Shown one piece after another: positions 25,066 to 39,700 of a stretch of DNA of 64,000 nt. The DNA lies in the NCBI GenBank assembly GCA_002633005.1, contig NMRA01000304.1, positions 337,200 to 401,199 of the forward strand, read 5' to 3'. Numbering within the stretch: the stretch's first letter is position 1; each line of letters begins with the position of its first letter. The notes beneath the pieces are model-generated. The model worked only from the letters and a program-made list of their open reading frames with translations. It was not told where the DNA came from and ran no database searches. The stretch comes from Phoronis australis (taxonomy: Eukaryota; Animalia; Phoronida). The position numbers and the translations under genes are program-made.

Positions 25066-25590
25066 TGTAGTAATACTGACAAGACAAGATGGAGAACTAA
25101 CTAGTTTCTATTATATCAAAAAGGGGTCACTAGCATACAGTAGTTTCTTAAAGGGAGACAACTCTACACCTTCCCCCGAGTTGATACAACAATCCACGAA
25201 AGGTTTATCAACTAAAGTTAACTATTGACTTATTTTAAATGTCACAACAACTTAAAATGAACTTATAGTCCAACTACACAACTTCATTACAGTCCGTTCA
25301 CAAGTCCAACTTGACCACGGGTTTCGTTTCCCGGGCTGATCGTCTTAACACAGGTTTTCCCGGACTAGATGACACTTCATATGTCGGTGTTTGCGACACT
25401 TCTGGTATTGGTAATGTTGGCGACTGGGCAACAGGTTTCTCGGCGGTTGTTCCAGAGTGCACGAGAAATGCTCGGTTTCTACGTAACTGAGTCCCATTAT
25501 CTGTGAGAACTTGGTACGATCGAGGCGAGGACAATCGCTGCTGGATCTCCCCGAACTTGTTTTGATCACGAATCGGATAAAAGACTTTAG
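25066..25590 (-). mobile_element. Gypsy-type 3' end: integrase tail, PPT and short LTR
   Basis: PRSYQVLTDNGTQLRRNRAFL...LRRSARETKPVVKLDL* (ends 25298); PPT CGGGGGAAGG at 25169-25178; 103-bp LTR 25066-25168 with TGTAG...CTACA ends. Confidence 0.85.
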
Positions 25591-26687
25591 TGTCGAGGCC
25601 ACAATTATGCCACAACCTAAGACTATGGTACAGATAACAGCACATGCCCTTAAATGTCTCTGAGTTCCTTGTCAGTTATCTATGATGGCGCTTGTAGGTG
25701 CCTTATTTCATGATATCGCACTGCCGTTACTGAATGAAAACTATTCAGGCAGGCATTTTCAAAAAGACCATTAAATAGACAAGACTACTGACCTGGAAAC
25801 CATGTTACATCAAATGTTCACTTACGATAGTCAAATATATAGCCACATTTACACTTGGGACATAGCAGTGGTGACCAGATAAGATTTACATTCAACATCT
25901 CAAAAGTAGCAATACATTTTTATTAAATTAGTTGCTGCAAAACTATCATGTAGACACCGGCGATTATCATCAGAGTAGCGACATGATCAACAGCTTTGTA
26001 ACCTTGCCCAAGCCGCTGTACTGAATTCAATGGGCTTTTGTGTTTGCATTAGCTAACTGCAACCATCAGAAGATGGTGGTGTGACATCGTCCAACGGTCA
26101 ATTTTGAGCTCTTCATGGTCCGTCGTGTAGTCTAGGTGGATTCTAACAAGGAAAGAAGTGATAAAACAATGAAAACTGGGAAAATGTTAACTGAAAAGGC
26201 TAGATCTGCCGTCCTTGCAGATTGGCAGATGTGCGCCTGTGACAGTACAATAATTTGAATCGTTCAAACATAAGATGATACCAACTGGGGTAAAAGGAGA
26301 AACAGATAAATGTCTAGGGGGTTGGGCCACTGGCTGACAGGTGTCTGAATGATGGCTGGGTTTATTAATATATACAAGTCCTCGGTTCCGAATTTATGCT
26401 CACCCTACGCATTAGCATATGTTTCAGTTGAAGAATTTTGCTTCTTATTAGAAGCTCTGTGTCAAGTAGTATTTAGTTTTGTTGTTTGTTCATTGTATAT
26501 TCCTTGTCACAGATTTTATATGCCCTGACAACTGCTGCACAATACTCAGTGGTCGTTTTGGCGCAAAATACTCTCACTGGTACAACTTTGCTAGCTTAAA
26601 TGGTTGCTGCACCTTGTTTTGATGATTTCAACCAATCCTAGTTCTGTCATCTGCTAATACATCATTGGCATCCCACTTGAGTGACTA

Positions 26688-27089
26688 GGGCCTGGTCTCT
26701 AATCTTTGTTCTCGAAACGAACTCGAAACTATTTTTGGCAATTTCTCTGCTCATTTTGTGCGAACTTAAGATAATTGGTTATCGGACTATGCTCGAATAC
26801 ATTATAGTTTATGCATAGGAGTTTCTAGTTCAAGTTTGCCCTTGATGACCCTTATATTCATGCTACAAACTCGAGTAAAAACTCGAAATTTCTAGTTCAA
26901 ACTCGAACTTATTGCTTTAATATTGGGTTTACAAACTGTGAGCTAAGGACAATAAATTATCTACGTAAGTTATGTGTACTCGAGCATAGAATAATAGACC
27001 CTTATCTTGAGTTCGCCCAAAAGTAGAGTAGAAAATGCCAAACCTAATTTCAAGTTCCATTTCGAGTAAAAAGATTGGAGACCGGGCCC
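26688..27089. mobile_element. PIF/Harbinger-like MITE (~400 bp)
   Basis: ~30-bp TIRs gggcctggtctctaatctttgttctcgaaa / tttcgagtaaaaagattggagaccgggccc. Confidence 0.75.
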
Positions 27090-27368
27090 AGAGCATGCGC
27101 CCTGTGTCACTCGTTGAACATCATGTTTCTTCATCGGTGGTGTTCCACTACAGATGCCATATAACTCGCATAATGCTAAGTCACGCTATGCCCATTTAGC
27201 AGCCTGTGGGAGGCGTTTTCAAATCTATGAGGGAATGTCAAAGGTTCCTGGGCACTATTTTATTGCTAAGAACTATGTGGCACAGTTATGCCAAAACTAG
27301 GTTTGGTATCCTTTTAAGTGTGACACTGGCGTCTCATGAAAGATAAATTCTAAGAAAAGAGGGAGTCG

Positions 27369-29709
27369 TATATTACTCAGTTGGATTTTAAAAGATTTCC
27401 AAAAGTTGTGCCATCAGCGAGCCATAGTTGTGGATAACTTGTGTTTGGCCATTGAGCAGGTGTCTAATTAAAGTAACAGGTCTCATCACTGAGCCATATA
27501 GAAGGTAATTGAAGTCAATGAAGTTACACACCAATACTGAGTGTATCCTACAAGTTGTCACTTGTGAATGCTTAGCAAGATAGGAACAGTTGACTGTTTT
27601 TTCTACTTGTGATCAGATTTTTGTAGCATGCTTTTGTCTGGCAGTGAATGCAGCTGAGACATTTGTCTTAAAGTTTGTAAATCGTGCCAAAGGAGAGGAA
27701 ATATTAAATGGTTAAAGAGAACCCTTTGGCGAGAGGAATTATGCTGTTGTATATTTCAGGCTTTTTTGCTATTAACACGAAAAATATAAATTTCATGTGA
27801 ACTGTTGTTTGCACCTTGTACTAATAAACAGCCAAACATCTTGTATATAAAATCATTTTGTACTTGAAAGTACCATGCACTGCCGAACTGTTGAAATCAT
27901 TGTTCTGTTTTTGAATGTGGAGAGTTCACTTTCCTTATTACATATGATAAACCAGGTACCAAATGGTGTTGATTGGTTGCTTCTATAGGAGAATTCAGAG
28001 CTGCTAATTTGATTTATTTCAGTTTATTATTGATGATTTTGGCTTGACCTAATTAGCGAAGCGTGGGTCTTTTATCAGGTTGTTTTCACTCACAAGACGG
28101 GATGCCCTCTACTTAGTATGATTGTGGTTTTAGCTCATATTTGTTATCATGAAGATCATTACGGTTCATGAATTCGTGTGTAACAATAAATCATTTTTAT
28201 ATTTGTTAAGTTTGTTCTTTGGTTTATGACATTATTAGGCATTCTGCTAATTTTTTATTTCACTATGAATACAAAATGATTTTTGATTAGTTTTCGTGCC
28301 GAGAGTTATGTTTGCCATATTTCAAAAGAAGATTTGCAAAACTAATGTGGTAAAATTTCCCNTACATTTTGAAGTTAATCGATGACCCGTTACAATAATT
28401 TGTTACTGGTATCATAATTCACATTGCTAAACCGCGGTCTCTGAGGCCGTCGTTGCACTCAATGTTATCATCGATCTTAATCTAAAAGGTCGGGGATTCG
28501 CGTTTCCTATTAGCACAGGGCGGTAATCACCAATCGGCAAAAGTAGGGGATGGGCGGTTAACCGAGCAGTGGGCGGTTAATTGGAAATCTTCAAAAATAG
28601 CAGGGGGGCGGTTAACCGAGCAGTGGGCGGTTAAATCGAAATTCACCTAAAGTAGGGGGTGGGCGGTTAACTGAGCATGGGCGTTAACCCGAACGATTAC
28701 GGTATATTGCTCATTTAGATTTTAAAAGATTTCCAAAAGTGTGTCACCAGCGAGCCACAGTTGTGGATAACTGGTGTTTGGCCATTGAGCAGGTGTCTAA
28801 TTAAAGTAACAGGTCTCATCACTGAGCCATGTAGAAGGTAATTGAAGTCAATGTACACACCACTCACTGAGTGTATCCTACACGTTGTCACTTGTGAATG
28901 CTGAGCAAGATAGGAACAGTTGGCTGTTTTTTCTATTTGTGATTAGATTTTTTGTAGCATGCTTTTGTCTGTCAGTGAATGCAGTTGAGACATTTGTCTT
29001 AAAGTTTGTAAATCCTGCCAAGGGAAAGGAAATATTAAATGGTTAAAGAGAACCCTTTGGCGAGTGGAATTATGCTGTTGTATGTTGCAGGCTTTTTTGC
29101 TATTAACACGAAAAATATAAATTTCATGTGAATTGTTGTTTGCATCTTGTACTAATAAACAGCCAAACATCTTGTATATTATCAAACATCTTGTATATAA
29201 TATCATTTTGTACTTGAAAGTCCCATGTACTGCCGAACTGTTGAAATCATTGTTCTGTTTTTGAATGTGGAAAGTTCACTTTCCTTATTACATTAAACCA
29301 AGTACCAAGTGGTGTTGATTGGTTGCTTCTACAGGAAAATTCAGTGCTGCTAATTTGATTTATTTCAGTTTATTGTTTGTGATTTTGGCTTGACCTAATT
29401 AGCAAAGTGTGGGTCTTTTATCAGGTTTTTCACTCACGAGACGACGGGATGCCCTCTACTTAGTATGATTGTGGTTTTAGCTCATAGTTGTTATCATGAA
29501 GATCATTACGGTTCATGAATTCTTGTGTAACAATAAATCAATTTTTATATTTGTTAAGTTTGTTCTTTGGTTTATGACATTATTAGTCATTCTGCTAATT
29601 TTTTATTTCACTATGAATACAAAATGATTTTTGATTAGTTTTCGTGCCGGGAGTTATGTTTGCCATATTTCAAAAGAAGATTTGCAAAACTAATGTGGTA
29701 AAATTTCCC
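27369..29709. repeat. ~1-kb direct duplication (27369-28361 and 28703-29709) across a single-N join
   Basis: Colinear copies with scattered SNPs and indels; an N at 28362 sits exactly at the end of copy 1. Confidence 0.9.
28363..28702. mobile_element. Right end of a CCGTA-type (pogo-like) element
   Basis: Subterminal gggcggttaaccgagca repeats and the terminus ...ATTACGG followed by TA. Confidence 0.7.
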
Positions 29710-32700
29710 GGTCATATAAGACACAAACAAGCATTAGCTATCTGCCTATATTAGTCGCGCAGTGTTATGTACCCGACATTAAGTGTATTTTAGTACTTTC
29801 TATGTGTCCACATATACATATGTGGGTACAATTGTCATCATCTCTGTCAGAGCGTATTGTGTCTTCTGCTGTTTCTCTAAAGTTCCTTAGAAGTTTTTCA
29901 TGAAAGTTGGCAGGATCCGATTGGCTAAGATGGATGACGATGGTTTTCAAATAAATCGGACTGTTGAGTGTACCTCCTAGTGGCAATTTTATTTTTTCCG
30001 TTTACCTCGATCCGTGTCTTCACTGCATCTGGCTTTCACTGATAGGCTGAAGTCTTGTTCAACTTTATTCATCTCAACCAAATGTAGCCAAGTCTGCTAA
30101 ACACAACGTCCAATTAACGTATGTCTGTTGTAATGTTGCAGCCAGTGCTGCAAAGCTTTGACTTGTGGCGAACTCTAGAGTCACTTTCAGACTCTCACAC
30201 ACGTTGACTGGTTCAGTTAGTTCATAGCTGTCTCACTATAAACTCTTACTTCTAATCTTCCCACTCTGTGACTCACTCTCACTAACCCAGTGTCTGATTT
30301 ATCCACTGTGTGTTGCAATATTCTGGAATTTGTCATCAGTGTGTCCTCATTCTAGATTCGGAATCTACCCAGTCATTTAAAATGCATGCCAGACTCTAGA
30401 ATGTTCCAGACCATGGTTCTACACTGAGTCTCTAATATTGGGAAAGCTATTAGAATGTTCTGCAGGTTTTCTGTTATAATCAAATTACATCATTGTCCTG
30501 ACATAACTAGGTCAGTCAATCAAGTGCTAACTGCTAGCATAATCAAATAGAACATCTTAAGAAATCTCAAAGAGCTTAATTTAAACCAGTGTCAGTCTAC
30601 TTTTGACAGTTTCTAAGGCGACCTCCTCACCTTTCCATTTTCAGACTCATCAGATGTATTCTGCGGCACCTGGTGGCCATTTTTATTATTTTTGAGACGT
30701 TTTTTTGGTGTCTGCCTCTTATCTGCCAACCGTTTAACTAATCATTACGAAAATTGGCTTAATAGATGTGTTCTTTCCAACAGTGCTGGCGTTAATTTTT
30801 TGACAGGTCCAACAGTTGTGGCTTCCCCCCGGGCAATTTTGATTTTTGCATCCAAAGCTGAGCGTCATACACCCCTCATATGATTTTTGAGAAATAGACG
30901 GTCAAGTTATTCCTATGAACGTGACAATAGCTGATGACTTCTTTCACACGGGGTTGCCCACTGCTGTGCCCCATAGTGGTAATTTTATTTTTTACATTTG
31001 CCTCTATATCTTTGGAGTTTGTAGACATATTTTCATGAAATTTCGGTGATAAGTTTCTACTATGAGTGACAGGCATGACGTATTTTGCGCTTCCCACTTG
31101 CCATTGTAGGAAGGCAATACCCCTAGAAGCATACCGTTTGTAGTGCAGTCGCATGTACATGTACTTCAATACTTTGTGTTGCTCTTGTTTGTCAATCCTT
31201 CCTGATTCGACCCTTTATAGAGATTGTAGTACACAAATTATTTAAAAACAAGTTTTTCTGAGATTGAAGTTCTGTTGTCCACCCACATAGTGCTGTCATG
31301 CCAAGAATTGTACGATGACACTGGGTTTACCTCAAAATCCAACTGCTGCCTGGTGATTTGGTTATTGGCCCAACTGTATTGCACATCTAACAGAGGTATT
31401 GGGGAACATATTATTGCAACATTAAACACACATTTTAGGTTGTAAGTTACATTACTTGTCCAATTTTCAAAATTTAAAAACCTAGTCACATGTGCTTTTC
31501 AGGAACTATTCAAATATGCTATTTACAAACTTTCTAAATGCTAATGTGTTTATGATGGGTCTCATTATCTAGAAAACAAAAGCAGGAGCCTGAGGCGATT
31601 TAATTAACCACAACAGTATGGTGTTTTTGATCTGAAATGGCAAAAGCTGTGGTGCGCAAACTGGTAGAGTTGCCCGGTCTTGACCGGTTAGGGAGTCAAA
31701 GTTGGACTCTTCATGATTATTTTTCTTAGCCATTTCACTCTAGTATTCCTTTATATCTTTGAATGGTAAACTACAGTAACTCCACTATTTCACACAAATG
31801 TAGTTGCCAAAATTGCCATTTACCCAGAGGCTGAGCTATAGTCTTGCTGCAAATAATGGGAATTTATTAAATATGGTTTTGTGTCATCTAAACGGTAAAA
31901 ATTAAGCTAACGATTTCCAAAAAAAATTTCTTTGTTTTTGTGAAAAGACATCACGAGTCACTTGTCCGCCATTATTGTGTGCTAAATAGGTGACAAATTA
32001 CCATTACCTTGCCACAAATGATCAAAATTTTATGGAGTGTAGTTTCCTGTCTCTGCACATAAACATAAATGAACCTGAATCTTGGTATGTTTTCTATTTA
32101 TTCTGGAGAATTGGCAGTGAGAGAAGAATTTCACTTCTTTGTGTGTTACAACTACCTGAAAAATTCAGTACTTTAGACACTTAAAAAAACATTTGGAAGT
32201 GGGTTTCAGTCACATTACATTCCAAATTTTCTTGCTATTCATTATTTGGAGTTTGAGACCATAATTACTTGGCGAAACCTTTTTGCATCATCGTGAAGTG
32301 AGAATATAATACCAAATTTATGTCTTGTCATTTTAATAAAACGGGACCCAGGACCCCACCAAACTTTACTCTATTTGATTCATCAATTTTTTACCTATAG
32401 ATCAGAAATTCGACAAAATTGCGTGTAAACACGTCTAAGTCTATGTACTAAAAATGTTGACACAGATCTGGTGTACATGAAGTTTGTATTTTAAGAAGCA
32501 TTGCACGAGTAGCTCTATTTCCACCAATGCTGCCTCTGTTGCCCAGATGTAATGTTTATCCAATTTCTGGGTAAGTAATGATATCTATTGGATTTATTTA
32601 ATATATTCATGAAATAAATTTTGAAGAAAATGATCAGTCACTGTCAATTTTAGATGTGTACATTTAGAAATGCAATATTACTTTAGAAATAACCCACTCA

Positions 32701-33674
32701 TGGCTACAGACTTCATTCTCCAGTTCTCTGACAGACTGTAGTTTGCAATGAAGCTGTCCAACACATGACTCAGGCAAAATTAGACTTCGAAAACTAACTT
32801 ACCAAGCCATTTCCTGATGACAGCACCTAGCGCTTTTTGGCCAATCACATAACGGTATTGCCCTCTTTATATTCACCTCTAATTGACAGCTTTACTCAAT
32901 GACATAAGCCTAATATTCTGTGTTTAAATTGGCCAACTGGTCAGTGATTTGAAATTTGGTATATTCTGTATGGAAACCGAGACGACTAATCAATACCAAC
33001 TGGGTGAGTGTCTTGTTTTGGTTGACGCGTTTGTGTTCTGAATAACTTTGCATACCTTTTTATAAGACAATTTTTATGGATTGTTAAAAAGTAAACTTAC
33101 GAAGGTGGTCACTTAAGTAAGGAGTGATTTTAAAATGTATCTGGAAAATTTTGCCAGACCAGTGTGTAGCTATACAGTGACTGAAGATGACTTGTCATGT
33201 TCAGGGAGAAACAGTGCTGTTGAAATGTAATATGCGATTACCGTGGATTATGTTTAGTAACAATTACTGGATTTTGTATGCAGTAAAATCTCGCCAATTT
33301 TGCTGAAAAAATAACTGCCAAAACTGTTCATTTTTAAAAGACTTAGCATTTTTGTGAACCTTCATAATTTTTCAAAACGTCTGATTATGGTACAACTTGG
33401 AAATGGTTGAGCGTTTCTTGGATGCTTCATCATTCATTAAAAAAGTGAGAAAAGAAAACGTCCTCTGTCGGGCATATTGTGTTCTTAATTGGTCAGATTT
33501 TATCATAATTCTAAGTGTATATGTGAAGTCTTATTCTATTAAGAACTTAGAAGATTCAATTGAAATTGCCATTTCCAAGGATTCTAAACTGTTTGGCTTT
33601 CTTGGTTTTGTGGACACTTAACTGTCGGTTACTGGCAATAAAACTCAAGTTGTGTTTCTGTATCTTTTCCATAG

Positions 33675-33719
33675 GCATGTCAACATTAATGGTTTGGATG
33701 GTCAATCTCATCATGTTAG
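33675..33719 (+). CDS. Candidate signal-peptide exon (MSTLMVWMVNLIML-G)
   Basis: cttttccatag acceptor and G|gtaggt donor; phase 1 joins the next exon to give ...LIMLGYA-CDKFF. Confidence 0.55.
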
Positions 33720-36700
33720 GTAGGTGTAATTATTCCCTTCTCATCGGGAATACGGAACTCGTACCGGTAATAGATAATGTCCATGGTACTTAACTGTGGT
33801 TTCATAAAATATCTGGTTTAAGCTAAGAAGTGTGCGTAGTGGATGAGGGCGGTTACTCAGATGGTCGGTGAATGCGACAGATGCGCGTGCAAAAATCAAT
33901 TAAACTGAGGATGGGCGTTCAAAAGTGAAAATGGGCGTTTAATGGGATAAGTATGGTACTATTTTGTCCTCAATTAACCACAAAATTTTCTGGTACACGA
34001 AATAATTAACATTAAGGGAAAAGAGACTTAGTCCACTATCATCTTAGTAACCATTTTAATGCAGTCTTGACCACCACTTTTGTGAAAAGATTCCATGTTA
34101 CCACGTAATTTCCGTATACCCCAGTGTTTTTGATTGCTTAAGGTTATGTCATAATTTAAAGATTGTCTGATGTCGTTGATCAAATAGCGTACGATTGTTT
34201 ACAGGGTATGCTTGTGATAAATTCTTCTCCAAAACTCATCAGCGGCGAGGTGTGTTTAGCTCACCCTATTATCCCAATGTCTATCGGGGTGAGGAGGTGT
34301 GCAAGTACATGTTCAATGTAGCCAGCGATCACTGGGTCTCCCTCTCATTCGAAGTGGTCAATCTTCATCCCGTTGACAAGCAAGGGTAGGTGTCGGTTTG
34401 TGTCCGTTTTGGCATTTTTATTTTCTAATAGTTTCGCTTACAGGTATAATAAACTCCGTGATTTAACCATGCATTTAACCACATGCTATTTATTGCCTGA
34501 TAATTTTAACAGAATATTAAAGCCCCATGCTGCACAGTATTTGAAAACTCCTGTTTTGGTTTATGTTTCCGACTAGACCCTTTGTTTTGTTTTACCGTAG
34601 TAATGGTGCAAATTGGCACTACTAATTACAGGTAATAAAACCATGCTTTTAACTTTCTTCGTTGATTTCTTCCTTTGAAAAATTCACCTTGGCTAACTTG
34701 ATTTATTCGAGTCTTTGAAGTTTCCGATTTCGGCTTGACCTCTTGTTGCATACTCAATCGATGTCAATTTAATTTAGAACTCTTAAACCATAAAATCTCA
34801 CACATTTAGGGCAATATGGCGGAATGGAATTTTATTTCTTTTTACCATATGAGATGAAGCAACACTGAAACAATTACTTTTAATAATGTTCCATGCCATA
34901 GCTGTCATCAGGGTTTGAGATATTGTTGACCTTTCCAACTAAGTTAAAATCCTTAGTAAAGATGAAATTTGGCAAATATTTTTTTTCCGAAATTGATGAA
35001 ATTTTAAGCTGTTTGATATGTTTTGGAATGCATGTCATTGTAATTAACTAAACTCTGAGATCAAACCCTAAAATGTCAATGGACGTGACATAATTTCCTA
35101 TTACGTTGCAGGGAGATGTTAATTGGTTGACGGGTAACGGTTGGCTGATGGCCATTACTGGTTTTGTTCAATTGAACATATTGTCTGAAATGCATTGATC
35201 TGAACACTGTTGTGGAATCTTCATACCCATATAAACCTTCCAGTGTCACAAAGTCATTCACACATCACAGATGCTTGTTCAAAAGTTTCTCACTCATATT
35301 GTTTGGTTTGTGTTTGTGTTTGCTTCAGTGACTCACAATTCAACTGCCTTAATGTTTAGCTAGTGGACCTGATTGTGTGTGTTCTGAGCATTGCATGGCT
35401 GTATTTCGTGAAGATGTAAACTGAGACCTTTATATTTGGTTCATTTTGTAAATAAAGCGTAATTATTGGGAATATCACCGTTTGATGTGGTCTGGCTTTT
35501 AATTACTCGACTTATTGATTCAGCGTTAATTAGATGTTGTTACATTATGTAATTATACGGTAGTTCTCTAATTTAGCACATTTACGTCATTTTTACACCT
35601 ACAATTATTTGAAAAATAATATTTTGTTCCATACTGATTTCAAACGAGGTTGCATGGTGGAAATTTCTTGACTTAACGAATTCGCTCATCAGGTCAGTTT
35701 TGTAGGCAAAGCCCTTGGGTTAACCCTATTAATACTCAGTTTTTTCACTGTTCTATTGCACAACCCTAGAATCCCATAAGAAATTCAGGAAACATGGCTA
35801 ATTTGAACACATTTGCCACATTTTTTGAATAAATTGTTAAAATCAATGAAATTTTCAGGATTGATGTAAAACTGAACGAGTCACCTTATAGCGATTCATT
35901 TTATCAAATATTTGTTAGATTATCTGTTACTTTTACTATTAACAATTGAGAAATAACTGAAAGTTCAGAAAAGCATAATTTTCTAAAAGAATAAAGTTTA
36001 ACACAAAATATAAACTTTCAAGATTATAGTGTGTTATGAGTGAATTAGGTCTCGGCATTGTAAGTTCACCATTTCATTCAACCCTTCATGTAGGATATTT
36101 CAGGCTGTGTAGCAAACATCAGGTGAAAAGGAGTATTAATGTTACCTATCTGTCATGGACAAGATCATTGGTGATATGCCGGTGCACTTATCCCCTCCTC
36201 AGACCATCCCCCTGACAGCCTGTAAGCATCTGGTTTGACGACACACAGGCAGGGCTCTTGTAGTGACTTTTAGCAGCATGGCCATATGTACGGTAATACA
36301 GTTGTGCCAGCCTCAAGCAGTCGGCTACCATCGTTGAACTCAGCCAGTTGGGACGGAGTCTGCTTGACTGTGCGTTGATGAGCCAGAAGCTTAACATCAG
36401 GCGAGTATCAAGCAGATGGGTTGGTTAGTGATGCATGAGCCAGCGAGGTAATCTGCACATTCGTTAATCAAGACATCGGCGTGGCCAGGCACGAAAGACC
36501 AGGTCACAGTGTAATGATGGTGATCGGAAGACACCTCAGTGTTAGCTGGGAGATTTCCAGACTGAAGTTTCATCAACACCGCCATAGAATCGGTGGCAAA
36601 GATAATGGTGTAGTTCTCCAGGTCTGGTCCTCCAGGTGAAATGGGGTGTTACTGATGCATAGAGACTGATCCTTTAGTTTTGTGAACATCAGTCGCGAAG

Positions 36701-39700
36701 GCTGTATAATTATTCGATTTATTTTGCACACCCTGACTATCAGGAAAAAATATTTACATACCCGGTACAGATAGTTTGTTTTGTGTGAAGTAAGTGAAAA
36801 ACTGACAATATTTGCTGCAGGTTATGCACAGAGGAATCTATTAAAATATACTTCTACAACAGCGAGATGAAGAAGACAGTATCTCACCATTTCTGTGGAC
36901 AAATGATTCCCGAGCCATTCATCACAAGCTCAACTTCAGTTCAGGTCATCTATTCTAAGACCCGTGGCATGTCATATCTGGGGTTCTTTGGAACATATGA
37001 ATTTATCAATGAATGTAAGTACTGTATGAGAGACTTTACCAAGCAATCTCGAAAGGTCATTTGGCTCTAATGACTACTGTTGCCATCTGGCTGTATGGAG
37101 CGGTAATATCGCTTCGTGTTAGGAATGGAAGCTCCCACTATCAATACGGTGGGGGGGGGCGCTTATTGTAACCAAAGGTGGTCGAAACTGGGTGAAATTG
37201 AAAGCTAGGATTCATCAAATTTACGTATTTTCACTCAGCTGTAACCTATGACAGATGTTCTACAAAACTGGGGTGCACTTCATTGTTAAATTAGATTGTT
37301 TCACACAAAATTGTACTGAAATTCCAGGGTGAAAACTTGCCGATGCGTCACTGGCTCGCGATCGTCGATATGGCAACTTAAATGAAACTACAATTTTGAC
37401 TGAACAAATTAGCTGAAGTCCTCACTTAAGTTTTCCAAATAGCGTCCCTAAGATTTTTAAGTTCTTGTGGAGTTTGAATAACAGCTGCGGGCTGAGGTTA
37501 AGTCCAAATCTGCGCAAGATGGTTCTGGTTAAGTTTGTGATTATCTTCACGACCTTGAGGTTTTTTCAAATGTGAGAGTCAATGGTTCTGCGTAATCAGT
37601 CTTCTAGACTTTTTTTGTAAGAGTCCCTTTTTGTCAACCATTATTGAAAAAGTGAACTTGTAGAACAGTAAAAAAAATCTTCAGAGCTTGTACCAGATTT
37701 TAGGAATAGACATTGGTTGTCTAAAATTCAAGAATGACGATCTGTGAGAAACCATAATTCGCCTTGATAGGACACATTATCGGGATGCTCAAAAATGTTC
37801 CATCAGCAGCCACTGTTGTCAATTTAAAAAAAATAATTGCAAGTGGTCTGATACACGTTGTACCAGACATGCGCAGGCCTCGCATGTGGGCCCATTGCAC
37901 TGATCACCTGGAAATATTTTTATGCTTTATTAATATATGGTTAAAACCGAGCTGAGGAGCTAGAAACCTGGCTCAAGGGTTTAGCAGTGTGACATGGTGG
38001 GACTTGAACCCACGACCTCGAGTAAAGAAAGCGGGCACTTATCAACCAGGCCACACTGCCTCCTGACAATTTTAAGGACTGACAGTGTATTATCAGACTC
38101 TTGACACTCTGTTGATATGAATGTGCAGTGTCCGATATTTGCAAATTATGATGATTACTAAAATTGCTGAGTCAAGCATTGGTTCTTTTGTCACGATTAG
38201 TTGGATGTCTTAGGTCTTACACTTTAGTTTAGTGTGAAACTTGGTGTGGTATCTGTGCTAATCACAGTCTTAATTGTGATGAGGATTTCCATGGCGATAT
38301 CCTCTTGAGGGTAGAATAATTTAGATTGATTTTATATCCGCTCCATATATTCTTCGTCAGTGGTTGTATTAGACTAACTGCGCTACTTAATGTTTTTCAG
38401 CCGTCAAAATCTTCCCACATTCTAACCAGAAATGTGGCGAGTCTTTAGTCACTGGTATTGGGGGAGTGTTACAGTCTCCAGGATGGCCTGACCTCTATTG
38501 GACGAGAGAACACTGTGCTTGGATCATCAAGGTGAAGCCCAATCAACAAATTTTGCTCTCCTTGAGGGACATGAATCTGCCCTTGGGTAAGTTCTATGGT
38601 GCGAAAAGGTTGAATCTAAAATTTTATCATTATGGTCTCGGACATCAGCATTTCATTCAATTTTAATAAATTTGGATAAGTATTTTAGTCATGCGAGTAT
38701 ATTTTTCTTTGTTATTGTTTTGTCACAAAACAAAACTACTTGTGTTTTTTGTCTCCCACTACAAACGAAACAACTAGGAACAAAAAGTTGTTTTGATCGC
38801 GTAGAAAAAGATTTAAAAAGTTGACATGGGTTTGGTTTTGATTACACATTGTGGCAGCTCATACAGCACACTCTACTGGTCAAATTCAGTACTAGATTCA
38901 CGCATCTCAATAGTTCATTACACACGCCCAGCTTCAGAAAATCTTGAACTATTATGTTGTGCTCAGCTGGTCTCAGGGCTTGTTAATAAGTTTTTGGCCA
39001 AAACCACTGCTACATTTTGTTAGCTACATTTTATCAAGCCTGTCAACAGAATGCATAAGCTGAATTACAGGGGTAGTTAAGTATGCGTGTATTGCCTTTG
39101 TGTGCTATCTGGACCTATCTCTTTGTAGAGTGTAGCGCTTTTGGATTTCTTACCCCCGGGTTTGACAGCGATATGCTAATCTGTTGTCATTGCTACATTC
39201 CATACAGTATTCTACCATATAGTGCATCTGGTATGTTACTCGGTTACAGGCCACTGTGATATTGTCCATGTGTCGATCTATGAAGGTTTAGCTGACCCAG
39301 ACACTGCAGCGGACATCAAATTCTGCGGAAAGTTGTCTTCCATTCCAACAGAGCGGGATTATTTGACTTCAAAATCACGTGCAACTATAAGGTATAACTG
39401 TGAATGAGTCACCTTTCATTTGATAAACCCCTGATTTTATCCCTTGTTATAAAAAGTCGTGAGTACGACCTTTGCTTACATCATTACAGTAAAAATTCTC
39501 CAGTTTGGACAGTCTCGAAAACTTGGGACAAAGAAATTCAAGCTGAAATTGAACTTTTTGATTCTAAAGATTGGCACGTGGGTTTTTTTGCCATTTTTCC
39601 TATTTCTCAAAAATCGGACATTGGCTTTTATGACACAAATAGATTTTGGCAGTTCACAAAGTCATTGAATTAGTCCCAAATGGAATGTTCTCACACATTC

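Noticed and set aside
30030-30630. Possible solo LTR (a similar candidate lies at ~54798-55055)
   Set aside because: LTR-like composition and polyA signal, but no verifiable TG...CA ends or TSD.
35720-36145. piggyBac-like MITE (ttaaccctattaatactc ... gagtattaatgttac)
   Set aside because: Right terminus too degraded to confirm.
37996-38063. tRNA gene
   Set aside because: A/B boxes are present but stems and anticodon arm are not intact; better explained as a SINE head.
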